Positions 1 through 8,113 of a stretch of DNA of 51,829 bases are shown piece after piece. The position numbers were made by a program, and so were the translations under genes. The notes beneath the pieces are model-generated. The model was not told the origin of the DNA and searched no databases. It saw only the letters and a program-made list of their open reading frames with translations. The DNA comes from a virus (Duplodnaviria; Caudoviricetes): the IMG/VR virus record IMGVR_UViG_3300027852_000047, positions 1 through 51,829 of that record; one strand, 5' to 3'. Numbering within the stretch: the stretch's first letter is position 1; the number at the start of each line of letters is the position of its first letter.

Positions 1-7
1 TTCCGAT

Positions 8-133
8 CTCCACTTGGCTGGACGAGTATTCAAAGCGTGGCAGCCCACGACGCCATACTGGGTCAACCCGCACCCCATCCCGCGAACATGGCCCCGGGTT
101 TGTGTGATTGATCCACACAAGCGCAAGCCCTGT
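8..133. repeat. Terminal direct repeat, copy 1 (126 bp; circular assembly overlap)
   Basis: Identical to 51704-51829. It lies inside the terminase ORF, so it is an assembly overlap rather than a physical terminal repeat. Confidence 0.95.
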
Positions 134-748
134 GCGGTCCTGTGGGCTGCTATCACGCCAGACGATAGGTTGATTGTGTACCGCACGCTGTTTGACAAGA
201 ACCTCCCCACCATCTCTGACGTAGCGGATCGCATGAAAGAGCTGGAAGGTTGGTTCAAGGATTCCAGCGGCAAGTACCATCCAACCCCAGATACAGAACC
301 TGTGATGTTCCGGATCATTGACACCAGCTCCAAGGAGACTGACGCCACATCTGGATCGTCTGTGTATGAGGCGTTTGCCAATGCAGACATCTACTGCGCA
401 CTAGCGCACAAGCGCAACGCACAAGCAGGCTACGATGCAATACACACAGCGCTCAAGGTGGACACGGAGTGGGGTTCTCCTGGGATTGTAGTCCACAACG
501 TCTGCAGCGAACTCAAACATGACTTCATGAATTTCTGTTACGAGGACTGGCAGACCGCCAGAATGCGTGACCTCAAGGGAGAACGGGAAGACTACCGTAA
601 GTACGATGATGACTTCATCGACTGTTTGCGCTACATCTTCCAGATGCGTATTACCTACGTGATGCTTAGGCGCGAAATGGTCCATCAGGCTAGGGATGAG
701 TCTTGGGCTATACAAAATGGGCGCGTGGGCGCTAGGAGCTACCAGTGA
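8..748 (+). CDS. terL: Terminase large subunit, C-terminal nuclease half (continues from 50903 across the junction; ~513 aa in total)
   Basis: In frame with 50903-51829 through the overlap; RNase H-like acidic motifs CVIDPH, IIDTS, DDDFIDCLRY; next to portal. Confidence 0.9.
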   Translation, partial: LHLAGRVFKAWQPTTPYWVNPHPIPRTWPRVCVIDPHKRKPCAVLWAAITPDDRLIVYRTLFDKNLPTISDVADRMKELEGWFKDSSGKYHPTPDTEPVMFRIIDTSSKETDATSGSSVYEAFANADIYCALAHKRNAQAGYDAIHTALKVDTEWGSPGIVVHNVCSELKHDFMNFCYEDWQTARMRDLKGEREDYRKYDDDFIDCLRYIFQMRITYVMLRREMVHQARDESWAIQNGRVGARSYQ

Positions 749-1116
749 CCGATATCCTCAAAGCAAGCATGAACGCTACCTTGCACCTGACCAAAGACGG
801 AGACACGGTACACAAGCTCTCATACTACTCAGGTGAGCAGGACTACCTCAAGAAGTCGGCCCAGCGATTCGTGCTGGAGACTAGTATGGTTACGCCAGTA
901 GAAGTGGATCTGTATGGAATCGGCACTGACACTAGCGCAGCCCAGTTACTGGTAACTACCGATAGCCCAGTCAAGGTGGCCGTAGGCAACATTACGTACC
1001 TGTGGGAAATCAGTGGGGCAGCCATGATGGTGGGTGCCGTTTCTCATGTATACGTACTCAACGAATCGACCACTAACGTGGCTAATGTGGAAGTGGTTGT
1101 ATCTGATGACGGTTAA
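745..1116 (+). CDS. Putative virion protein, homologous to the C-terminal domain of 8113-10026
   Basis: beta-rich 123 aa; VSHVYVLNESTT vs VSHVYVRNNSTS; GTGA overlap with the terL stop. Confidence 0.7.
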   Translation: MTDILKASMNATLHLTKDGDTVHKLSYYSGEQDYLKKSAQRFVLETSMVTPVEVDLYGIGTDTSAAQLLVTTDSPVKVAVGNITYLWEISGAAMMVGAVSHVYVLNESTTNVANVEVVVSDDG

Positions 1117-3421
1117 GCTCTCGGACAAATACCAAGAGGAACGCGGACGTGAGTTAGTCAAACTCATTGAGGATGATATTACCAACCGTATGCCCGCCCT
1201 CAAGCGTGTAGAGATCGCCCGTCGCCTGATTTACGATGATGGGCTGGGCTCAGCTGCTCCGTGGGACGGAGCTAGCGATGTACACTTGCCTTTGATCCTT
1301 GAGAAGATTGAAGCTGGGGTGCCGCGCGTAGTCAACGCGTTCTTTGGGGTGGACCCCATGGTCATCGTGAAGCGTACTGCTAGGGAATTCAATGTTGACG
1401 ACACTGCGCAGTCCGAGGCTTATCTCAACTGGGCGCTAGTGTCAGACATCCCACACATGTTCCTTACGTTTGAGAACTGGACGCGTAACGCATTCAGTGA
1501 CGGAGTGTCCTACGTCAAGGCATTCTGGCGCAGAGAGTGGCGTAATATTGTGGAAGTACGGCGCGTAAAGTTGCTGTACGACATTGGGGATCTTGACCAG
1601 TTTGGTAATGAGATAGAGAACGCCCGCGATAAGTCTGGGGCGGAGATTCTTACTGAGATTTTCGGCATGCCCAGTGCGGTCCATGGGCTGATGGACTACC
1701 GAAACTTGGGTAAAGACGAAGAGAAAATCGACGGGTCTACGTGGCTGGTGGACTTTATCGAGGAACGTAGGCGCCACAGTGCGCGCGTTGAAATTGCCCA
1801 GAGCGAGTTTGTAGACGAGTGGGAAGTGCGCATCTTCCGCAAGGTACTGCGTCACGATCATCCTGAAGTTCAGGTTATGGAATATGAGGATCTCATACTT
1901 CCGTACCGCGCTACAGACATACAAGAGGCTCCCAGAGTCACTCAGCAGTATTGGCTGACGCCTAAAGAGATTGCTGAACGGGTGGAGTCTGGCGAATGGC
2001 AACTTACTGAACAAGATATTACGTCTATCAAGGCACGCAGTACGGGGCAGCACCAAGACGAAGTTACTGACAATCGAGGGCTCAAGAACGAGAAAGACTC
2101 GGCTGTTGGGGATCAGGTGTACAATCGCCCAGAGGCTACTCCGCAGACAGCGGACGGCAATCTGGCGTATGACAATAACAAAGTCTTAGTGTTCGAGATG
2201 TACGCCAAAGAAGACTTGAACGAAGATGGCGACGACGAAGATGTGATATACCAGATCATCTATGGTATACGCAAAGTCGCAGCAGTAACGTATTTGGATG
2301 AAGAGTTCCCCGGCGGGCTACGTCCGTTTGTGGCACAACATTACATGCCTATCAGTTCCAGATGGGCTGGGTTGGGCCTCGGAGCTATTCTGTCAAACCT
2401 GAACATTGAAGCTGATGCTATCCTGAATAGTGTCAACAATGCGCAGGAAGTGATAAACAACCCATACTTCTTCTACCAACCTGCAGCGTTCAATACTAAT
2501 ATGGACGTGTTGCAGGCTGTAGCCCCGGGACAGGGTATTCCGGTCATGGATGTCAAGGGGATCTTCTTCCCATCATTCCAGCAGCAACCGCTTGCCAACT
2601 TGGGACACTTGGACTCTGTACTGCTGTTTGCTGACCGCGTGTCTATCAGCCCAATGCAGGCGGGCTCGTCGCAGGTGCGTAACGCACCGCGCACAGCGCG
2701 TGGGACTATGGCGCTGCTGTCTGAAGGCGGCGTGAAGCTGGAGAATCTCATTACCCGGCTCAAGTTTGAGAGCTGGGCTCCGTTGATGCAATTGATCATG
2801 GAACTGTACGCAGCTAACATGCCTGACCAGCGCTGGTACAATGTTACCGGCGAAATGGAACCAAGGCGTGTGACCCCAGCTGATATACGTGGCGACTTCG
2901 AGTATACGTTCGCTGGCAACACCATGAATACTAACCGGGGGCTCATGCAGCAGGAAGCACAGATCCGCTACCAGACGCTCATGACACACCCGGACAACGC
3001 ACAAGATCCTGCGGCCAGACGTGCTGCGCTTGAGGACTTTCTCAACCACTTCGGGGACAACTGCGACAAGTCCCGCCTCATTCCGGCTATGCCGGGGCAG
3101 GGCTCGTACGCACACGGACCCATGGATCAGCGCTCTGAGATCGAGGCCATGTGCAATCTGATCCATATCGCAGTGCTGCCCACTGACGATGATGCTACTC
3201 ACATCAAGGATCTGCAGACCTTCATCGGTTCCTCCAGATTCCAAGATCTCGACCAATCTGTCGTGGCTCTGATTGGGGCTCACCTCAATGAGCATAACAC
3301 CGCAATGCAGTTTAAAATGTCACAAGCCCAGACGGCACAGCAGCCGGGCACGGCCAATAACATCCCAACGATGGAGACAGCTGGTGCTGAGCTGGGAGGG
3401 CTTGAAGGAGGGATTCAGTGA
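1106..3421 (+). CDS. Portal protein (P22-like)
   Basis: Follows terminase; motifs PWDGASDVHLPL, RPFVAQHYMP..GLG, PRTARG; probable start ATG 1106 (MTVKLSDKY). Confidence 0.85.
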   Translation: MTVKLSDKYQEERGRELVKLIEDDITNRMPALKRVEIARRLIYDDGLGSAAPWDGASDVHLPLILEKIEAGVPRVVNAFFGVDPMVIVKRTAREFNVDDTAQSEAYLNWALVSDIPHMFLTFENWTRNAFSDGVSYVKAFWRREWRNIVEVRRVKLLYDIGDLDQFGNEIENARDKSGAEILTEIFGMPSAVHGLMDYRNLGKDEEKIDGSTWLVDFIEERRRHSARVEIAQSEFVDEWEVRIFRKVLRHDHPEVQVMEYEDLILPYRATDIQEAPRVTQQYWLTPKEIAERVESGEWQLTEQDITSIKARSTGQHQDEVTDNRGLKNEKDSAVGDQVYNRPEATPQTADGNLAYDNNKVLVFEMYAKEDLNEDGDDEDVIYQIIYGIRKVAAVTYLDEEFPGGLRPFVAQHYMPISSRWAGLGLGAILSNLNIEADAILNSVNNAQEVINNPYFFYQPAAFNTNMDVLQAVAPGQGIPVMDVKGIFFPSFQQQPLANLGHLDSVLLFADRVSISPMQAGSSQVRNAPRTARGTMALLSEGGVKLENLITRLKFESWAPLMQLIMELYAANMPDQRWYNVTGEMEPRRVTPADIRGDFEYTFAGNTMNTNRGLMQQEAQIRYQTLMTHPDNAQDPAARRAALEDFLNHFGDNCDKSRLIPAMPGQGSYAHGPMDQRSEIEAMCNLIHIAVLPTDDDATHIKDLQTFIGSSRFQDLDQSVVALIGAHLNEHNTAMQFKMSQAQTAQQPGTANNIPTMETAGAELGGLEGGIQ

Positions 3422-3630
3422 ACGTAAGGAATTGGGACCTATCATCCGCTGCGCAGGAGTTGCTCAACGCTCCAGCTATGTCTGAAGTGTGCCGCGAACT
3501 CAATCGCAACGCACACAACGAGTCAGCACGCATCGGAGTGATGGAGTGGACCACCTTGGAAGACCTGCGGTATGCACAAGGCATCGTTGCAGGCATTAAA
3601 CAAGCTGCAGCCATGTTTGGCCCAGCATAG
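3418..3630 (+). CDS. Small hypothetical head-module protein
   Basis: GTGA overlap with the portal stop; LRYAQGIVAGI motif of the kind seen in small ORFs after podovirus portals. Confidence 0.7.
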   Translation: MNVRNWDLSSAAQELLNAPAMSEVCRELNRNAHNESARIGVMEWTTLEDLRYAQGIVAGIKQAAAMFGPA

Positions 3631-3644
3631 ATCGAAAGTACACT

Positions 3645-3848
3645 ATGCCTCTCAAGGGTTTGTTTCGCACTCCGGGACACCGCAAGACCGAGAACAAAAT
3701 CAAGGTAACTAAGCGGAAGATCACCAACGTAAAGAGCGCTAACAAGTTCTTGCGTGGCGAAAAGATGCTTATGGCTGAGCACTCGCGTGCTACAGCTGGC
3801 CTTGCTGGCGCTAGACTGCGTCAGCAGAAACGCCGCAAAAGCAAGTAA
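3645..3848 (+). CDS. Small, highly basic protein
   Basis: 67 aa, K/R-rich, fills the gap between head genes. Confidence 0.55.
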   Translation: MPLKGLFRTPGHRKTENKIKVTKRKITNVKSANKFLRGEKMLMAEHSRATAGLAGARLRQQKRRKSK

Positions 3849-3859
3849 TAACAACCAAC

Positions 3860-3899
3860 CCTCCGGATTCGCTCACCGATGCGTTATTCGGAACGGAGG
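3860..3899 (+). promoter_or_regulatory. RBS-sequestering stem with internal pseudoknot upstream of the scaffold gene
   Basis: CCTCCG(3860-65) pairs with CGGAGG(3894-99, the RBS); inner CGC/GCG and CCGA/TCGG pairings cross. Confidence 0.5.
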
Positions 3900-3904
3900 A
3901 TCAC

Positions 3905-4711
3905 ATGACCGACCTTTTGGGAACCTTACCCGAACCTTCTGTTACCACAGAACCTGAGCCCACTCCTGATCCCGTCGCAGGTAAAATTGACGGTCAGGGC
4001 GAAGACACTGGTGACGACGGGGATCGGACTATCGACAACGTACGTGGAGAACTGGTACGCAAACTGGACAAGCAGAATGAGTCACTCACGGCAGCACTAG
4101 CTGCCATGCAGACTCAGATCGCCAGTCTAGCTACCCCAGCTCCTGCGGAACCTGCCGCCCAACCTGCTTCAGTTGAGGACGCTACCTCAGACCAGTTAAT
4201 CGCAGTGCGCGATACGTTGGAGGCTGAGGACCCGAGACGAGCCCAATTCGATACGATGATCCAAGAGAAACGTATCGCAGAACTTGTAGACGTAAGAGTG
4301 ACGCAGACCACGGACAGAGAACGTCGTGAGCAGCTGCGTCGAGAATCCAATCAGTTCGCTGTGGATCGCTGGCCGGAGATAACCAAACCCGGTACGTTCC
4401 GCACAGAAGTGAACGCCAGATTGGCTTTGACTGGCACTGAGGCCCCGGACGCAGTACTTGCTGCAGCCAACGAAGTGGGCCTTCAGAAGGGACTCACGCC
4501 AGCTACGGCTGAGCCCGCTATGCGCGGTGGTGGAAATTCCAGTATAGCTGGAGGACATACCACGGCACCTGCCGGTAATGATACAGATACGTCTGTCTCG
4601 GATACTAAACTAGAAGGACTCGCCAAGAGTTTGGCTAACGCCATGCCTGACGGCAAGTTTGACCTCGACAAAGTGCGCAAGAATGCTGAAGCATATGCGC
4701 GAACGAAGTAG
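3905..4711 (+). CDS. Capsid scaffolding protein
   Basis: Acidic, P-rich N-terminus, coiled-coil core, position between portal and capsid, GGAGG RBS. Confidence 0.7.
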   Translation: MTDLLGTLPEPSVTTEPEPTPDPVAGKIDGQGEDTGDDGDRTIDNVRGELVRKLDKQNESLTAALAAMQTQIASLATPAPAEPAAQPASVEDATSDQLIAVRDTLEAEDPRRAQFDTMIQEKRIAELVDVRVTQTTDRERREQLRRESNQFAVDRWPEITKPGTFRTEVNARLALTGTEAPDAVLAAANEVGLQKGLTPATAEPAMRGGGNSSIAGGHTTAPAGNDTDTSVSDTKLEGLAKSLANAMPDGKFDLDKVRKNAEAYARTK

Positions 4712-4719
4712 GAGGGGAC

Positions 4720-5283
4720 ATGCCTAAAGGAACTCCCACTAAGACAACTAAAGCAATAGAACGCCTCGAAGCCCAGAATATTGCGCTTCAGGAACAACTT
4801 GCAGGCATGGCTTTGCAACTCAAAGCTAGGTTCGAGCAAGAAGGTGGCACCGAAAAGGCACTTGAACGTGTGGTGCTGAAAGACGATCCTTTCGACGCAC
4901 AGAACCCCATGCGATTCACGGAACAACCGCCGGGTAAAAGACTTGGGTGGAAGAACGTGGACTTCCGCGATCAGCGGATCGGATGGAAGGGCTGGACGCC
5001 AGTTACGTGGGACAGTGAAATCGGCAAGGCGGTAGCTGAGGGCAAGTACCTTATCAATCCGCCAGCTCGCCTAAAGGTGAGCGAGTCCGATAACAATTAC
5101 GTAATGCGCGGGGCCGATACTGTGTTGGCTTGGATTACTGAGGAACTTTTCGATGCACGGATGCATAATCATACAGAGCGCACCAATGCGCGCACTAAGA
5201 ACGCTGGCCGATTGAATCTCCCCGGACAAGAAGGGGTGCAGGAAATTGGTAGTGTTACTGTGAGCAAAGGAGCGCCAAAATAA
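4720..5283 (+). CDS. Hypothetical head-module protein
   Basis: GGAGG RBS; operon position. Confidence 0.7.
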   Translation: MPKGTPTKTTKAIERLEAQNIALQEQLAGMALQLKARFEQEGGTEKALERVVLKDDPFDAQNPMRFTEQPPGKRLGWKNVDFRDQRIGWKGWTPVTWDSEIGKAVAEGKYLINPPARLKVSESDNNYVMRGADTVLAWITEELFDARMHNHTERTNARTKNAGRLNLPGQEGVQEIGSVTVSKGAPK

Positions 5284-5295
5284 GAGAGGAAATAC

Positions 5296-5880
5296 ATGCC
5301 GAATATTGATTCCCCCATGGGTCTTCGGCCTATCACCAATGCCCATGGTGTGATTCCTATTGAGACTTGGGCGGTGTCCGCTACGGCTAGTGCAGCTGCT
5401 TACGAAGGCTGCATTATGTACCGTACGGCTACTGGCGAAGTTGCCATTTCAAATGGTACTTCGGCCGCCCAGATCAATCACACCGTAGGCGTTGCTACGC
5501 ACTATGTCGCAGCTACCCCCGGCACTGGAGCAACTGTCAAGGTTACTAGTGACCCTAAGCAGAAGTACTGGATTCAGGGTGACGACGGCACCATCAATAC
5601 TGCAGCTGAGAAACTTGCTGCGCGCGGACTGTACGGAGTTCCTGTTAATCCCGCTGCGGGCAATACTACGACTCTGCAGTCCAAAATGGAATTGGACACC
5701 AGTGCGCTGGTGACTACGTGTGACACCAATGCTGACGGCACTATCCTGCAGATTGTGGATTTTGTCGAAGCTGCGGATAACAACTACGTAGGAACCACGA
5801 CCAATACTGCTAATGCGGCTTGGGTTGTGCAGATTCCTGAACGCTTCTTCCTCGGCTTTGCTGGCCGATCTGTACTCTAG
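5296..5880 (+). CDS. Putative capsid decoration/cement protein
   Basis: MPNIDSPMGLRP start, A/T/G-rich, immediately before the major capsid gene. Confidence 0.6.
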   Translation: MPNIDSPMGLRPITNAHGVIPIETWAVSATASAAAYEGCIMYRTATGEVAISNGTSAAQINHTVGVATHYVAATPGTGATVKVTSDPKQKYWIQGDDGTINTAAEKLAARGLYGVPVNPAAGNTTTLQSKMELDTSALVTTCDTNADGTILQIVDFVEAADNNYVGTTTNTANAAWVVQIPERFFLGFAGRSVL

Positions 5881-5893
5881 AAAGGGGTGACAC

Positions 5894-6805
5894 ATGAATT
5901 CAGCTGGATCTATTGCCCTTCGGCAACGATATACTGATCTTTTTGAAGATCGTCTCGCCTTTCTGGACGAGATTCTCGACGCTAACTACGACCATCCGTC
6001 TCTGACTTACCAGCGGTCCTTCAACGTGCGCGACTCTAGCCGTGCCTACGAAGAGATCACTGGGCTGACCGGCTACGGGCAGTACACTCAGAAGGCTGAG
6101 GGCGAAACCCTCGATTACGACACCAAACTGCAGGGCTACGACAAGCGCTTTACGCATGTCACCTTCGCCAAGGGATCCCAGATCTCTTTTGAGGCGATGG
6201 ATGACGACATCGACAATGCTATCTCGAATAGTTTGCCGATGCTTGGTCGCGCTGCACAGGTGTCCATCGAGACGTACATTTACAACGTCATCAACAACGG
6301 CTTTGCCACGGAAACCACTCCGGACGGCTCGTACATCTTCTCCGACTCGCATCCGCTTGTCGGCGGTGGTACGGCTGACAACCTCATCACTGGGGATCTT
6401 TCGATTGCCAACCTTGAGGCCGCGTTGAACCTGTTCAACGCTTCGGTGGATGACCGTAACATGCCTATCGACGTTGTGCCGCAGGCTCTGCTGATCCATC
6501 CGGATCTCCAGTGGCTGGCGGGCGAAATCATCAAGTCCACGCTGCGCTCGGATACTGCTAACAACCCGATCAACATGTTGAACGGAATCCTGCAGATCTA
6601 CACGTCGCGCTACTTGACCTCGACCGAAAACTGGTTCGTCCACAGTGTTCCTAACCAGCACCGTATCTTGGTGTACTGGCGGCAGGAGCCTGAATCGGAT
6701 CATGGTCTTGATTTCGACACCAAAAACATGAAGTCCAGTATGCTCTACCGTCTGTCGGCTGGCGCAGCTGACTGGCGCGGTTGGGTTGGCGGAAACGGAG
6801 CTTAA
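5894..6805 (+). CDS. Major capsid protein (HK97 fold, Mu gpT-like family)
   Basis: 303 aa; motifs SSRAYEE, KAEGE, PDG..IFSDSHP, PQALLIHPDL, DWRGWVG; strong codon bias. Confidence 0.88.
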   Translation: MNSAGSIALRQRYTDLFEDRLAFLDEILDANYDHPSLTYQRSFNVRDSSRAYEEITGLTGYGQYTQKAEGETLDYDTKLQGYDKRFTHVTFAKGSQISFEAMDDDIDNAISNSLPMLGRAAQVSIETYIYNVINNGFATETTPDGSYIFSDSHPLVGGGTADNLITGDLSIANLEAALNLFNASVDDRNMPIDVVPQALLIHPDLQWLAGEIIKSTLRSDTANNPINMLNGILQIYTSRYLTSTENWFVHSVPNQHRILVYWRQEPESDHGLDFDTKNMKSSMLYRLSAGAADWRGWVGGNGA

Positions 6806-6806
6806 T

Positions 6807-7208
6807 ATGGGCCGTTCCAAAGCTGGACCCCCGCTCGCTGGTGCGTATGAGCACTTTGATTTTCTGTTCTCCAATGGCGCGGTAAGCGGCACGTACACAG
6901 CCAAGTCCAGTGTTCCTACTGGTATGGAAGTTGTACTGTATGGTGCTAGCGTAAACGTTGATGGACTTGCAGGAAATCCGCAGGTGGCTGTGTATCAGGA
7001 CGCAGTGTCTACTGCGATTTATACCGCAGACACCACGGTTGCTACCAACCTTGGGTACGTAGCCCTTTCGGCTACTGCTCTGGTTGATACCTCTTTGCAC
7101 GTTACTGTAACCAATGACTCTACTGCGGATGCGTTCGACGCGCTGCATGTGTCTGTGTTCGGTTACGTCAAGGAACATCCGACTGGCGTTGGCGAGGGCC
7201 GACCGTAA
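6807..7208 (+). CDS. Putative minor capsid/decoration protein
   Basis: beta-rich; directly after the capsid gene and before the terminator; ATG at 6807. Confidence 0.6.
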   Translation: MGRSKAGPPLAGAYEHFDFLFSNGAVSGTYTAKSSVPTGMEVVLYGASVNVDGLAGNPQVAVYQDAVSTAIYTADTTVATNLGYVALSATALVDTSLHVTVTNDSTADAFDALHVSVFGYVKEHPTGVGEGRP

Positions 7209-7214
7209 CATAAT

Positions 7215-7245
7215 GTGCCCCCTCTTCGGAGGGGGCGCTCCTTTT
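7215..7245 (+). terminator. Probable intrinsic terminator after the capsid genes
   Basis: GCCCCCTC-TTCG-GAGGGGGC hairpin (cUUCGg loop) followed by a short, offset T-run. Confidence 0.65.
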
Positions 7246-7255
7246 AGGAGGGGAA

Positions 7256-8113
7256 ATGCCTGATAAGAAAAATACTGCGCTTGGCAAAATTGAGGTGGAT
7301 GTTGCGCTTGACGGCAAGCCGGATCTGCACATGATGTCGCGCAGCCCGATGAAGCTGGCGAATGCTCCGCACATTGTGGTGGCCATCCCGATTGGTGGTA
7401 AGCAGTTGTCCAGCGTGCTGAATTGCCCGGAGTGCGACAAGAAGTATAATGTATCATCTGGGTTCGTCACCCCTGCAGTGATCCCCGCTGTGTTCATGCT
7501 GCATCAGATGAACTGGGTGGCCCCGCTTAACGTGGCCATTTCTTACATGTTCAAGACGGGCATGCTCTCAGCCGAAGCCCGACAGGTCATGACCCAAGAG
7601 GCCATACGCACAGGCGCGGAGTTCATTTTCTATGTGGATGATGACACCCTTATCCCGCCTATGGGCCTCTACACGCTATACAATTTCATGCGGCGTAACC
7701 CAGATGCTGGGGCTGTGTCTGGAGTGTATACTACGCGTGAGACTCCTAACGAACCCCTCCTCTACACCGCGCACGGAGTAGGCTGTGACTGGGACATCCC
7801 AATGGGCCCGAACGCTACTCCAGTCCCCATCTTCGGGGCGGGTGCTGGCTGCTTACTGGCGCGCGTATCTGCTATCAAAGAGTGGCAGGACGAACATCCC
7901 GGCGAAGCCATCTGGTCTGATGCCAGAGCAATTGGCGCTGAGGGCGAAGGCTCCGTTATGTGGGGCCACGACATCAAGTTTTGCAGAAACCTGAACTCCT
8001 TGCAGAAACAGGTATTTGCACACGGTGCTGTGTTGTGCGACCATTACGACATGCGCACCAACAAGGTTTTCTCTGTTCCTGAAGATGCTCCCGGGCTGCA
8101 GAAGGGTAAGTAA
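7256..8113 (+). CDS. GT-A fold (family 2-like) glycosyltransferase
   Basis: VVAIP, FIFYVDDDT (DxD), GAGAGCLL, GHDIKFC motifs; CPEC insert. Confidence 0.75.
   Translation: MPDKKNTALGKIEVDVALDGKPDLHMMSRSPMKLANAPHIVVAIPIGGKQLSSVLNCPECDKKYNVSSGFVTPAVIPAVFMLHQMNWVAPLNVAISYMFKTGMLSAEARQVMTQEAIRTGAEFIFYVDDDTLIPPMGLYTLYNFMRRNPDAGAVSGVYTTRETPNEPLLYTAHGVGCDWDIPMGPNATPVPIFGAGAGCLLARVSAIKEWQDEHPGEAIWSDARAIGAEGEGSVMWGHDIKFCRNLNSLQKQVFAHGAVLCDHYDMRTNKVFSVPEDAPGLQKGK

Noticed and set aside
1-9. First bases TTCCGATCT differ from the other repeat copy
   Set aside because: Matches the 3' end of the Illumina adapter (CTCTTCCGATCT); a sequencing artefact.
8-133. Terminal repeat as a biological DTR, or a split terminase
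   Set aside because: The repeat lies mid-terL and the frame is continuous across it, as expected for a circular assembly overlap.
6786-6809. Frameshift extension of the major capsid into the next ORF
   Set aside because: No slippery sequence seen; the downstream gene has its own GGAG RBS and ATG.
5900-6904. Long antisense ORFs (also 21150-22187, 29784-30770, 44006-44848, 45421-46299)
   Set aside because: They shadow well-supported genes on the other strand; explained by codon bias, with no motifs or RBS.
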